A program made the position numbers and the translations under genes. DNA of 63,847 nt, the filler included, from Psammoneis japonica (lineage: Eukaryota), in assembly GCA_008632985.1 (NCBI GenBank). It is 5 parts of 5 records of this genome, joined end to end, with 100 filler letters (N's around TTAATTAATTAA, not from the genome) between each part and the next. Parts side by side here need not be neighbours in the genome. Positions count along the whole stretch, not along the records: positions 15,032 to 29,374 come from QPGO01000497.1; positions 29,475 to 43,586 come from QPGO01000498.1; 3 more parts are not named here. One strand, 5' to 3'. This document shows, one piece after another, positions 26,062-38,779 of the stretch. Below the pieces are notes generated by a model. The model was not told the DNA's origin, searched no databases, and saw nothing but the letters and a program-made list of their open reading frames with translations. Positions within the stretch are counted from its first letter, which is position 1. The number at the start of each line of letters is the position of its first letter.

Positions 26062-26763
26062 ATGCTTTGCTGGAGGCTCGTTTTGATAGTTTGGGTAGCA
26101 TGGCTTATGCCCTGCTTGATTATTCCGGTGGCTGCAATGACGCGGCGACAGGATCTGCGAGAACTGGGCCTCGAAAATGGCTCTTTCACGCAGCAAGAGC
26201 TCAAGAAAGCCTACCGTGCACGAAGCCTCGAGACACATCCGGACAAGGGCGGCTCACACGACGCATTTAGTCGAGTTGCCCAAGCTTATGAATTACTCTC
26301 TGGTTCTGGTACTCACAAATTCCATAGCAACGAGCGTGATCACGATCGAACAAGTCGAGATCGTGAAAATCAAGATCAACAAAGAGAACGACAAGAGGAG
26401 CAACAACGCCAACAACAAGAGCAGGATAATGAGGAAAAGACACGTCAACAGGAAATGTTCGAAGAAGCAGAAGACATGCTCTTTGACATGTTTGAAGACT
26501 TCTTTTCCGGAAACTATGCTGACGTTATCCTGGACAAGATCTTTCCACAAAAAAACTTAACGCGAAACCAAGGGTTTGCCAAACACTGTCTTCGCTGGGC
26601 TGTTGATCGCCTTACAGACAAGGCTTTGTGTCTGTTGGAAGAAAGTGAAGTGTCCATTCACATTGATGGCCGTACCTACTTTTCAGCATCTAGTTTTAGA
26701 GAGTGGCGAGACCGCGTTCGTCAGAGGAGACAGAAAAAGCAACAGCATCATTCTGCATTCTAG
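26062..26763 (+). CDS. DnaJ-domain protein with N-terminal hydrophobic signal
   Basis: LGL......ELKKAYRARSLETHPDKGG...F..VAQAYELLS; intact ORF with normal TA content. Confidence 0.85.
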   Translation: MLCWRLVLIVWVAWLMPCLIIPVAAMTRRQDLRELGLENGSFTQQELKKAYRARSLETHPDKGGSHDAFSRVAQAYELLSGSGTHKFHSNERDHDRTSRDRENQDQQRERQEEQQRQQQEQDNEEKTRQQEMFEEAEDMLFDMFEDFFSGNYADVILDKIFPQKNLTRNQGFAKHCLRWAVDRLTDKALCLLEESEVSIHIDGRTYFSASSFREWRDRVRQRRQKKQQHHSAF

Positions 26764-27542
26764 AATAATGCTACAACATTGTCAGCAAACGACGAAGAGT
26801 GCATGCGCCCCGCCATGGTGGCCCGCATTATTGTTTCTCCAATGTTTGTACAGTTGAAAAGCTAGCTTCAATGTAGCATTTATCGAGAGTACCTGGCGAA
26901 CTTCCATTTGTCGACTAGTCTGGTTTACGATGGACAGCCGGAAAGCCAGTAACAGGGTGAATGAGTTATAAGTAGCAAGGCCAAACTAGTCACCTATGTG
27001 TTTCGAAACAGGGAGTACTCACGCTTCAAAAACAAAGCGGTAGCCTAATCCTGTGTTCAGGGACAACACGGATGCAGCATCTTCCTTGACTTTGGTGTGG
27101 AGTAAGGATCGTCCTAAGCATATGTTGGCGGACCAATTTCGAAAGGAGACTGTTGACTGAACAACGACAATCTCGCCGTATCATACACTGTAAACAATAG
27201 AGGTCAAACTTACTTCGTGCAAGCTGTAAATAGTACTCCGAGTAGAGCTCACTTCCTTGACTGGCGAATGCATTTAGACCAACAGGATTGACGAAACGAA
27301 CAAACGACACAACCACTCGAAGAATTATTGTCGATTGACTGACGAAGCCGACCATACCGGTACCGGAAGCCACACAAGGCCCAACGTCAACTCGAGGATG
27401 TGGTGGATGGATAGCAAACGGAAAGACGATTCAAAACAAAGTTTTTGTGCGAAATGATAACTTGTGGCAGCATGGCAAACTGTAAAATACATTCAGCACT
27501 AGTAACAATGAACATCTAGAGTAATTATGTTGAGTCATACAA

Positions 27543-28493
27543 TCAAAGTTTACTGTTTTTGAAAAACGAAGCTACAGCAACTATTTCACATCCCTGGAAC
27601 AAATCGATCAGGTCGCTTTCTTTTTCTTCCTGTGTTCTGTAGCTAAACAGATCTGGCTTTTCACAAAGCAAGGAGTAAACAATGCCCACTCCGGACATGT
27701 CTGTGCTACGCTCCCCCACGTTGGCCAAGACATATGCCCAGAGAGCTGGATTAACAGTGTCCTGTTTCAAAAGTTGTCGCCCATGCGCTTCGATCAATAC
27801 CGAGCCTACGGCTTCATGACCCTCGTCGACAGCGGCGTCCAGCGGTGTTTCTCCATCCACATCTTTTGCGTCAATGTCAGGTTCGCGTTCCAACAGGAGT
27901 CTCGCCATGCTTTCGCTACCTGACGTGCCTGCTGCATCATGCAAAGGCGTAAGCCCCTCCTTGTCAATCTCGATGACTCGCGCCCCTCCATTCTCCAAGA
28001 AAACTCGCGCTGTGTTTTCCCTTCCGGCACTTGAAGCAAAATGAAGAGCTGTGCCACCCACTGTGATTGACTTCAAATCTACGTCGGCACCATTCTGCAG
28101 TAGTAGAAAACACACACAATCGTGCCCATAATACGAAGCTAAATGAAACGGCGTCAAACCACCGTTTCCAGCTTTGTCATTGACTGCCGCACCGTGCGAC
28201 AGAAGCACACGAGCTGTGGATGCACGCCCGCGAAGGCACGCCAAGTGCAAGAGTGTTACTCCAAGTGACCGATCCATCACGCGTGCTCCAGCATCCAGCA
28301 GGAGTTGCACTTTTGCATCGCGATTGCTTACAGCCGCAGAACCGACAACATCAAAAAGGATGGGGCTTGGACCACCACCATTCATTCGGTTCACAAGCAT
28401 GTTCGGATCGGCGCCGCGCAAAAGTGCACGTCGAACTTCATCCGTGCTGCCGTCACCCAAAACGTTTGATTCTAGGATTTGATCCAAATCCAT
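27543..28493 (-). CDS. Ankyrin-repeat protein
   Basis: Repeated G.T.LH.A...G......LL..GA.VN motifs; intact 316-aa ORF. Confidence 0.88.
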   Translation of the reverse strand: MDLDQILESNVLGDGSTDEVRRALLRGADPNMLVNRMNGGGPSPILFDVVGSAAVSNRDAKVQLLLDAGARVMDRSLGVTLLHLACLRGRASTARVLLSHGAAVNDKAGNGGLTPFHLASYYGHDCVCFLLLQNGADVDLKSITVGGTALHFASSAGRENTARVFLENGGARVIEIDKEGLTPLHDAAGTSGSESMARLLLEREPDIDAKDVDGETPLDAAVDEGHEAVGSVLIEAHGRQLLKQDTVNPALWAYVLANVGERSTDMSGVGIVYSLLCEKPDLFSYRTQEEKESDLIDLFQGCEIVAVASFFKNSKL

Positions 28494-29374
28494 GTCTAAA
28501 GTGACACGTTGTGATGAGAAGTGAATGGAATGGAGCCGCCGTCGACCCTGTGCTGCTTGTTGCTCATTTGCTCACGGCTGACGCCGCTGCCAGCGCTGCG
28601 ACGCTGTTGTCTGTCACTTGTCACGCTCTCTAGCTACTCTACTAGAGTAGCTCCGTGTGCGTTTTGGTGTTCGCGGTTCGAGGCGTTGTGCTGGGTGCGA
28701 AGTAGTCGAGTGAGTCGTCGCAACAAACCGACCAACAGAGCACAAGCGCCTCTGTCAAATTGTGCTTCAAACTGGAGCCCTTGCCGCACTCATCCCCACT
28801 TGCAGCACCCAGCACCCAGAGACATGACGCAGCATTGTTTTCTGTCATTCCAGAGCTGCAACAACATTTGTGAAAACCACCCACGGCTTCTTGGATTCAG
28901 CAGCTCCAGCCGCAGTGCTTTTGGCTGAACATTCTTCGGCAAGCGGGCCAGCACGTGCTGAGCTCGCGTCTTCACTGGAGTCAACATGTGCGCCCGCTTC
29001 TCCCACTGACACAAGGGGAGCTTGTGCAATGCACTTTCCATCCAAATTTTTACCTTGCTCTTTAATGACACTGTTGAGTTGACTGAGTGATTTTGCATCT
29101 AAAATTTTGGGTGCTCGTTTGACTGCTGCTTCTTCTGCTGCTGTGCAGCTGTCGACTGTCATTTGCACCAGTGTCATGTTCTGACATGCACTTTGCAACC
29201 TTTGCCAACAAAAGCTTGGCAAATCTCTCGACATTGTGTGTTGCTCTGTTTTGGAGTGCAGCACGCAGGAAACAATGCCTTGCAATGGCTCATGATGCCT
29301 TTCTCGAGGCAAGTCTGACCTCAGTGCTGGGGGTGCAATTTGCAGCCATGAGAACAAACAACCACTTGTTGAGG

Positions 29375-29474
29375 NNNNNNNNNNNNNNNNNNNNNNNNNN
29401 NNNNNNNNNNNNNNNNNNTTAATTAATTAANNNNNNNNNNNNNNNNNNNNNNNNNNNNNNNNNNNNNNNNNNNN
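29375..29474. other. Assembly gap with linker
   Basis: N44-TTAATTAATTAA-N44. Confidence 0.98.
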
Positions 29475-30021
29475 TCGCTGTGCTGCAGACAGAGTGTGTC
29501 AGCACGCAACTCTGGGCATGAGAGTTTGGCGCCATTCAGTGTTGACAGGTGCACTGACAGCCACACTCCAGTTTTGGTGCTGCACTGGCTGGGCAGCTCT
29601 GGCCTTGATGTCAGGTGGAGTCTTGAGGATTGACCTGAGTTGCTCTTTGTGCAATTTGGCTTTCCTTCCGGATGCTTCTCTTCTTGCTTCACACACAATG
29701 TCCTTGTGAACTGCCAAAGAGAATTGAGAACAGCTGCACAGCAAGTCCATCACATGCAAGCATGTGGGAATGCCACATTTGCAGTTTTGGGTCACAGACT
29801 CCATCGGACAAGGGTCAGATGGTCCTGCAAATTTGATTGGGTTGGCAGATGGGGCCAGCCCAGGATCATCATTGGTCAAGGTCTTGCCGATCACAGCGCT
29901 GGAAGGAACTGGTGCTGGATGATGCACTCTGCTTCAGCAAAGGATTCTCCACAGTCCTTCATTGCATGTTGCACATGGTGCCAATGGCACGTCAGTGACT
30001 TTTGCAGACCTGAGCAGGCAG

Positions 30022-31085
30022 TCACTCTGTGGGTGCTGATGAGTCGCCATCTTTGCAAGTTCTTGGCTGGATGACCAAGGTCCGCAACATGGCTTTTTCT
30101 TCCAACCACCTGTCTTGTGCATCTGTCTCTCTGACAAAGCCTCTGAGGCAGCAGCTGCCTGATGTGACAGCAAAGATGAGGTCTCCAAAGTGTGCTTTTG
30201 TGACGCAAGAGCCACCCTTCTTGCAGCATGCTCCATGCGCAGCTGGGCACGTCTTCTTGCTACAAAGATTGCCTTTACCACCAAAGTGACCTCCTTTGCG
30301 CAGGCAGGGCTTTTTCTTGAGATCAAGGCATTTGCCCTCGTCTTTAAAGCAACAAGATCCTCGAAGTTCAATCGGCTTTGGGTGACAACAGCATGGATCG
30401 TAAGGCTTTGGCGCAGGATGAGGCGTGGGCTTTGGGGGCGGTGTGTGCTTCTTATGAGGTTTTGGGGCAGGGCAAGGAGTGGGCTTTGGGGGTGGTGTGC
30501 ACTTGCAAGGCTTGGGGGTGGGGTGAGGCATTGGCTTCTGGGTTGGGCATGGCATCGGCTTCGGAGTCGGGCAAGGCGTGGGCTTCAGGGTTGGGCAAGG
30601 CGCGGGCTTTGGAGCAGGGCAAGGCGTGGGCTTCAGAGTTGGGTGTGGCATCAGCTTTGGAGCAGGGCAAGGCATGGGCTTTGGAGTTGGGCACTCCTTT
30701 GGGTGTGGCGTGGGCTTCGGGGTTGGATGTGATGTGGGCTTTGGCTTGCAACAATGCAGCTTGTCAGGCTTTGGGGCAGGATGCGGCGCAGGCTTCGGGG
30801 TGCATTTTGGACCATGTGAGGGCATTTGTTGCAGGGCACACACTCAGCTCCATTTCCCAAACAGTTTCCTCCCCTCCTCCAGCAGTTTCCAGGCCTGAGG
30901 ACGAGACACTCTTTGAGTCCGTAGCAGAAGCAGCATGCGCCACACTTGGGCGTGGCTTTTTTGTGCCAGTGCAACTGCCTGTTGACAAGAGCTTCCTGTG
31001 CATCTTCGTGCTTTGGGCTGTCCTCATGGCCGTTGACAGACTTAAGGCACCAAATGCTCACAATCGAGCCAAAGGCGAACTTCAT
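30022..31085 (-). pseudogene. Secreted Pro-rich (PTPKPTPY-repeat, extensin-like) protein gene, TpA-eroded and frameshifted
   Basis: Signal-like MKFAFGSIVSIWCLKSVNG; Cys modules GACCFC and GSCCFK..KCL; 24-nt tandem repeats encoding P(T/A)PKP(T/M/A)P(H/C). Confidence 0.7.
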
Positions 31086-34000
31086 CTTCTTCTTGCACCC
31101 TTTGCCAAAACTCTGTTTGCAAAAAAGTGAGAAGTTCCTGCGATGTGTGCGAACGGGTGCTGTGACTTGAGGTCAAGGTTGCTCCATCCACCAGCAACAT
31201 TTGTTGTGACAAGTGAGCAGACAATGACTGTCTTCACAACTGTTTCCAATGCCAGCATGCCTGCATGACAGACAAGTGATTGTGTTTTCGTCAACAGTTG
31301 GTTCAGGACAAGTCAAGCATTTGAAGGGCAGGAGGGCACAAATTGTCGTCTAAGAGAATGTGTCTGACAAGTGTTTCAGTTGTTAAAAATGACACTGCTC
31401 TGGAGGATGTTCAATGGACATTTCTGAAAAACCTGCATTGTCCTCAGACAATTTGGAAAGCTTGAAATCAAGATTGATGTCTTCAAGACATTTCATGAGC
31501 ACCCAAGACTTTAGTCTGCGCTCTGTGCACTTGGATGCCATCGAGTTCAACGATCACTGAGCAATGCAACCTGTTGGCCCCAGTGAAGGAGCTTGCATCA
31601 CCAGGATTGCCTTGTTCATTTCAACACTGCTGGAGATCGCTGCGCAGGTGCGGGCAGTCCATTGTGAAACCAGAAGATGCCGCAAACTTTTCTCTCATCA
31701 CATCACTTCTTTGAGCATGCCATCCGAACGGAAGGCAATCTTTCACCTTTTGGTTTTGAAACACAAGGAGTGTGATGCAAAGGAGTTAAAAGCCTTTGCA
31801 TGATCATTCACTTGTGCAATTTGCATCTTTTCCTTTGCAGAGGAACTGCAGTTCATTGCACACAGTGTGAGTGTGCAAACAACCCAGTGGATTCCACACA
31901 CACTCTTTCATCAAAGATCTGGACACAGAGGCACAAATTCTTCTTCAAACATTTGTTGCTTCTGGCAAGCCTGCGAATGATGTCATGCATCTTCTTCACA
32001 TCCCCAATGGCACAAGCGCCTTCAAGAGCTTTTGGGCGCTGGTGCACACATGACACATGCGCACTGTGATTTTTCCTGCTGCCATCGAAGGGACAGGCAG
32101 CATTCAGAATGTCCAAAAGAGCAGGACAATTTGCTGGTTTGCTCTCCAATCTGTTTGCATTGGGCTCTGAACACTTTTGGACCTCGAGAACATTGCAGAT
32201 CAAATTGTAGAATCCAGTGCTTGAAAAGTCTGCACTGCCGGCAACAACACACGCAATGTTGCCAGACAGGGAAGAAATGCTCATTGTCTCAAAGTTGTTG
32301 GCAGGAATTGATGCAGTGGAACAGGTGTCCACCAAATTTCAATCCTTGTCAAAGGCTTCGAGAATGCCAATGTCATCTAAGTCATCAGTGATGGCATCGA
32401 GCGACACACAAGTTGGAGCAACGACGAAATCGATTCGAAGTTTTGCCTTGGACCAACCTCCCCAGAGACTTTGGAAATGCCACATGTCCATGCCAAAAAC
32501 AATGGATCCCATTGATGGCATGAAGGGCTGAAGGAAGACATTTGGATTGATTGCACAAACCTCATTCGTGCCACTCATTTTTGGCCCCACGGCCTGGAGT
32601 GTGACCCCTGGAAAAGCATTGCCCATTGGAGAATTGTTTGGAAAGCCATCTGCATCAACCGCAACAAGAACAGCAATGAAGGGAGCCACCAGAATGGCCA
32701 ACAGCATGCTGACAAAATAATTGCAGCAAGAGGAGTCCATTGTGCTTTGAATGCAGTGGCTGTCTGCTCTTGGAACACCTCAACCTTTTTGCACTTTTTT
32801 CTCACGTCATGTGGGCACATCCTCCCATCCAAAACACACCAGCTGCTGCCACATCTTGACGTTTCTCAATCAAGAATCATGAAAAAGCTTGTCAAGAGAT
32901 CAACAAGACAGTCTGTGGCAGCATCAAGTGGTGGAGCCCCCGGGTTCATTCATTGGTCTCATTGTTTGACAGTGAGTGTCGTTGAAGAAAAAACCAATGT
33001 GTCACGACATTGTCGGTCTGACAACATGTGTTGACACCTTCACACAATGACTTGTTAAATTGGCCATCATTGGCTTCTTCACAGTCACAAGAAAAAAGTG
33101 CCACACTCACATGACCCAACAGTTTGCGTGTGAGTGAGGCTCACATTTTCAGAAAACAGTGCTTCGTGACTGTTTTGCACCAACTCGCAACTCGCTGCAC
33201 CTCCTCTTGGAGGGAGCAATGTCACCTGCAAAATTTTCTGCTTGTGTTGATTCACAAGCAGCTTAAAAATGAGTCACAAAACCAAATGTGGTGTTGAAAT
33301 TTTGGACAGACAATGTTGGTGCACATGAGTGCAATTTGCTCAACAAATTGCTGTTTGAAGCAAGACGATGATGACAAACACTTTCCATGCACTGTCAGAC
33401 AATGACTTTGCAATGGCCACTTGACACACTAACATGCCACACTGCTGTGAACACGAACATGCAAAGAAAGTTCCCCAGGATGAAGTCTCAGTCATTCAAT
33501 GTTGAATGCATCAAAAGTGACCAGCAGAAACAACAGCAGCAGAGTCTCTCCGCAATGTTTTGAAAATGAGTTGGGGCTGTTCTGGGAGACTTGCACAAAT
33601 GAATGCTCTCACAAAATGAACTGAGTGTTTGTAAATGCAAAAGAATCCAGGAACACTGGCATGACAAACATTTTGACAACACACCACCTTCATGTCGCTG
33701 CCTTTTGCCAGCAGCGACAAGGCACACAGCACACCACACATTTCTGGCACAGCAGAAAATCCTGAAAATCAAATCCTCTTGCCTTTGCCCTTTTCTCCTG
33801 TGATTGCCTTAAAAAGCACATGCTGACGTTGTTGGTTGTCAGCACCAGCATCGGGCTGAAAATCAGCATGAGGACCAGACAGCCGATGGTGGCGGTCATG
33901 ATGGCCATCATTCCCGATCCACTGCTGCATCATTGTTGTCTGCTCATTGAACTGCAATCCCAGTTGGGGCAATCCAGTGCAGTGTTCATGGCAGATTTCC

Positions 34001-35979
34001 TCTTGCAGTGTGATCACCTTCAGCTTGTTCTTTGCCCGGTTCACAAATTCCTTGGCACCACTTGTGCATGACATGGACAGCTGTTGGGGTTGCTCGGGGG
34101 CCACAACATTCCTTCTTGAAGGTGAAGGTGCTGACAAGTGAGCTGGAGTTCACATTGGGAGCCCACCAGAAATTGAGTCACCCCTGGCAATGGCATGGAC
34201 AACCACCATTGTTGCATCTCCACCATGAATGACTTGAACCACCGCTGCACCTCTTTTTCACAATTGGGTGCCTCCAGTGACTGAAAACTTGGCTCTGAGT
34301 GGAGTCATCATTTGAAGCCAGCCGTCTGTTCCTGAGCTGCCCAGTTGGTCAAAATGGAGACAAGCAAGAGTTCAGAGCAGCAATGATGCATCATCTCTGA
34401 TGGTTGTCAAATGAGACTCAGTCCTCACCAAGGGTTCTCTGACAACATGGTGACAAGCCTCAACAATGAACAAAGGGCTTGTCAGTTGTTCCTCTGTCAA
34501 GCTTCCATTGTGACAGGCATTTTGCAGGAACCCGGATGTGTTCCAGAAGTTCAGACTTGTCCGCTGATCCAAACTGTTGTGGTGCAAACAAGCACATCCC
34601 TGAACAGAGTGAAGCTTCAAGGGATGTTGAGTGGTTGTCCTTCCTCCACTCAGAAATGCTGCCAATCTGCTTTGTGAGACCAGCTCCCAAACATTTGCGT
34701 GCGGGTTTTGAGAAGTGGTGATTGTTCAGTTGAGTCAACCACAATGCACGAACCTTGTCCATGAAAAAACTGCTCTGGAAAAGTCGCCATCATCATTTGT
34801 CATGATGAAGAAGAGTGCAACCTCTGAAGCTGTTGCCATGAAGAAGAGTGCAATCTCTGCCACTGCCGCAGAAGCAAATGAAAACAAGAAGCAAAAGAAA
34901 AAGAATCAGACCCATTCCTCTTCCTTGTCATGGGGATGATGACTGGTGGTGCAGACCACAGCAGCTGTGCTGTGTCAACCATTGCATCAAACTCAGGACT
35001 TGGCCCCTCAACTCACCTGAGGTGATGCCAAGACAACAATGGCCCATCTGGCTGCCACCAAAACTGCAACCACAACTGCCGACAATGCAATGACTCCCCA
35101 TCAACATGTCACTGCTGACCATGACAACAACAGCAATGTGCTCATCTTTGGCAGCAAATGTGGAACAAAGGTGCAGCAAGTGGGTGTGGACATGGAAGTT
35201 GTTGACAACAATTGAGCCACGGAATCCAATGAGGCAAGGTGACAATGACATGTGTCACTGATGGATGAGTTGACCAAGGACATGTTCTTGCAGAACCTGC
35301 ACAAATCTCCTTGTCATCATTTAAGTCCAACAACAACAACAAAATCCATGAACACAAACAATCGCATCAGCACCATGACTGCAGCAAACAATGCCAACCA
35401 AGCAACAACTGGGGCAGGGAAAGACAAGAAAGACAAGAATGTCATCACAGTGGCAGAGTGCAACAAAGATGCCAATCAGACAACAATGACAACCAAGGCA
35501 GCCAACATGCCAGCACAACAGAAAAATGACGAAATTGCCAATCTGCTGTGATTGCCACCCTGTGGACAAATTGTGCACATGGGGGGACAACCCTGCTGGA
35601 TCCTGCAGCAGCCATCCCATTGCTGCCTGACCCTCACCACCATGGTCTGGAGGACTTGTTGTCACCCTTTGGTGGCTGGAGGCAACCTGTGTGTTGGCAA
35701 CAACATCGACAATGACAAATCATGCCATGGAAGCAGCTGAGTTGGGGAGCACAGCACTCACCCAATTTGCTGCAATGATTTGGGGTGCCATGACATGATT
35801 GTGGCTCACAACATGACCAGTCTGTTGCATGGTGTGACAAGGAGAAACCATGCAACCTGTCCAACATTTTGTGTGGAAATGTGTCAATGACCAGTGCCAT
35901 CACAATGCACCCATGTTGCAAAACAAGTTGTCCAAACCACCCTCATCCAGGATCCCTTTGGAAAGAGGGTTGCATCTGA

Positions 35980-37240
35980 AAACAGACACTCTCAAGGCAA
36001 GGCAGTCACCCTGTGTGGAGATTGCCCAGACCTTTGATTGAACCATCTTGGTGGTCCCCCTTGAATCTGATTGGAGCAGCAATTTTGACATTGCTTCCAC
36101 ACCTCACCAAAGCTGGCAGCTTTCTCAGTCAAAACAACAAACAAGATGCCCATGCAGCCTGTTCCAGCTCCAGGTGATCCACAATCCATCATGCAAGGAA
36201 GAAGATGCCAGCCAAGGGTTGCATTTGGCACAGTGCAATCCTTTGATTTTGATTGTTTCAAAAATTGAAAGGTGGGTGTGCAAAAAAAACAAAGTTTTGT
36301 GTGCACTCACCCCTCTGTTTTGGAAAAAAGAAATTTAAGGAGCTTGTTGTGCCAAGTGCAAAAATGGGCCAGTGACAGATCGTGCCCCTTTTTTTGGACA
36401 CCCGAAGTTGGAACAGGCCATGCCTTTGGTGCACAACCCTCCCCAAACACCCAAAACCATGGCAGTGGAAACTGCCACGGCCACAATGAGCAAACACAAC
36501 CATTGGAAGAAGGAGGAGGAGGAGGAGACCAAGAACCAAGCAATGGATGCAACAACAACTGTCGGTGCAAACCAAGAAAATGTGGCAAACAGCGGCAACA
36601 AGTTGACATGACTTTGACCAAAATTGAGCCAGAAGATGAGCAATGGCCCAAACCATTGAAAATCATTCTACTTGTGAAATCGCCATGTGGGGAGGGGTTT
36701 CAACATGTGGGTTGGTGGCTGCACAAGTCCATCATCTGGTTCAGGAATTTGGTGTTCATTTGACATTGAGTGTCAACCAAGTGGCTGCATGATTGCCAGC
36801 CAATCCCATCACCTGGTGGTGGCTCCCTTTGCCACTGTTGGATCCATTGGAGTCATTGTCAAAGGTCTGAATTTCAACAAGATTGCCCAAAAGTGCAGCA
36901 TCAAGCCTCTTGTCATCAAGGGGCTGGGACAAACAAGAATTCCCTGAGTGTGCATGGCCCAGTCATGGAAAAGGAAGAAAAAGAAGCAGAGGCCCAACTT
37001 GCAAAGACACACACCACCTTTGAGCAGCTTTGTGGGGCAGAAGGTTGACCTGTTCTGGCCAGCACCATTGACCAAGTTGCTGATGGAAGCATCTTTGTGG
37101 GCCAGGAGGCCTTGGACATGCAAGTGGTGGATCTTCTGCAAATCTCAGAAGAGCACATCATGGGTCACATCCAAGCAGGTGATTGAGTGTTGCATCTTCA
37201 TCAATCCATTGGACCAAAGTTTTCATGACAAGTTTGCTTG
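35980..37240 (+). pseudogene. Peptidase S49 (SohB/SppA-like) pseudogene
   Basis: IILLVKSPCG (cf. SPGG), SGCMIAS (cf. SGGYMMA), VAPFATVGSIGVI..LNFNK. Multiple frameshifts; TA- and CG-poor. Ends approximate. Confidence 0.65.
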
Positions 37241-38129
37241 AGTCCTTTCTTGGACATGTTGCCTCAGATGAAAAAACTCAAACCTGATTTTAAGTGCTGT
37301 CACACCTTTGCCCAGCAACACCAGCACCAGCCGACCCACACTTCCACTGCTTTCTGTGAGGAGTGACAACTGTTTGAAATGAAGTTGCACAAGAAGGAGG
37401 TCATTGCTTTCTTTTGGAATGGATGCAAAGTGTGCACACACCATGACAGCAGCAAAGAACAATCACATCCAGAAGAGGATGCAAAAGCAGCTCAAGATCA
37501 GGGAGAAAAACCTTGCTTTCACACTTGCAGGTGTTGGAATGAAAGCAAACAGCCCACTGTGTAGAGCAGTGATCTTGGTCAGAACTGGCAAGGAGAAGAA
37601 GGGGCATGCAGGACTTGCAGATGTGAAACAGGGAGCCTTGATGATGTGATGAGAAGGAGTTTGGAAGGAACATTGTTCTCATGTGGAACTGATGCCAAAT
37701 CTTGTGCAGAAATGCCAAGCCACACACCAGATGGATGATCATCAGGTGGTGCTGATGGTTCATCCAAATGAACACTCACAAGCACCACAACAGGGACAGA
37801 ACTTTTGCCAAATGAGGTGGAAAACTTGGTTGACCAGCAAGGGAAGAAGAAGTCATTGAGGGCTGATGTGCATGGACAGAAGTGGTTCACACAGTTTCGG
37901 ACAATTGGCACACTGCAATGCATCATCCAGCTCCTCTCTGGAAAATCTGTTCAAAATTTTCTGCGGGATTCACCGTGCCATGAACAGGAAATTTTGCTGC
38001 CGGTTTTGGTTGTGGATGAGTGCGGTGATTTTGCATTTTTTCCACACAACCTCTGGCATCTAAATTGTGCAGCCCTGGTGCATGAATCCTCTGTGCAGCA
38101 CGCGAGTCTTTGTGTGACACCTTAAAAAA

Positions 38130-38380
38130 GCTGCCCTTCATTTGAAAACATGGCCCATCACATCATGATGTTGCCCTTCATTTGAAAACAGAGCCCATGT
38201 TGTTGCCTTTCATCACATGATGTTGCCATTTGTCACAGCCCATGTTGCCTTTCTTTTGAAAATGCTGCAGGGCTCATGATGTTGCCCTTCACAACATGAT
38301 GTTGCCCATCTTTTGATGATGATGTCCTTTCTTCTTGTTGCCCTTCATGACATGGCATTGCCCTTTCTTGTTGCCCTAGA
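38130..38380. repeat. Degenerate short tandem repeats (CATGATGTTGCCC-like)
   Basis: Several copies of ATGATGTTGCCC / CCCTTCATTTGAAAACA. Confidence 0.6.
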
Positions 38381-38779
38381 TCAGACATTTCAGTGTTTCA
38401 CTTTCTGTTTGGCCCTGAGGGAGCAACGATTCAATTTTGAAAGAAAAATGAACTTCAAAGTTCCTGCGACTTGCTGGTGGTTTCACTTTTGCTCTCAGCA
38501 CCTCGAAGAGTATTCCGTTGAGATAGAGACAAGGGGAAATAGCACACTCTCCTCAAGAACGACTATTACAGATATCTAAATAGAGTTGTATCCTGTATCT
38601 ACGGACTGAAGTCAAGAAAATTTCTTCGCTCAATCGGGAACGATTGGCAAAAGTCACGCTCCGTTGGCTCGAACCACTTGCTGCGAACTGCAATCGTGCT
38701 TAGCTCCTGCTGATCCACTGAAGCAGTCTTGGTCACTCCAATGACGTGCGATGTCCTGTTTTGCCAATTGACTACGTCT

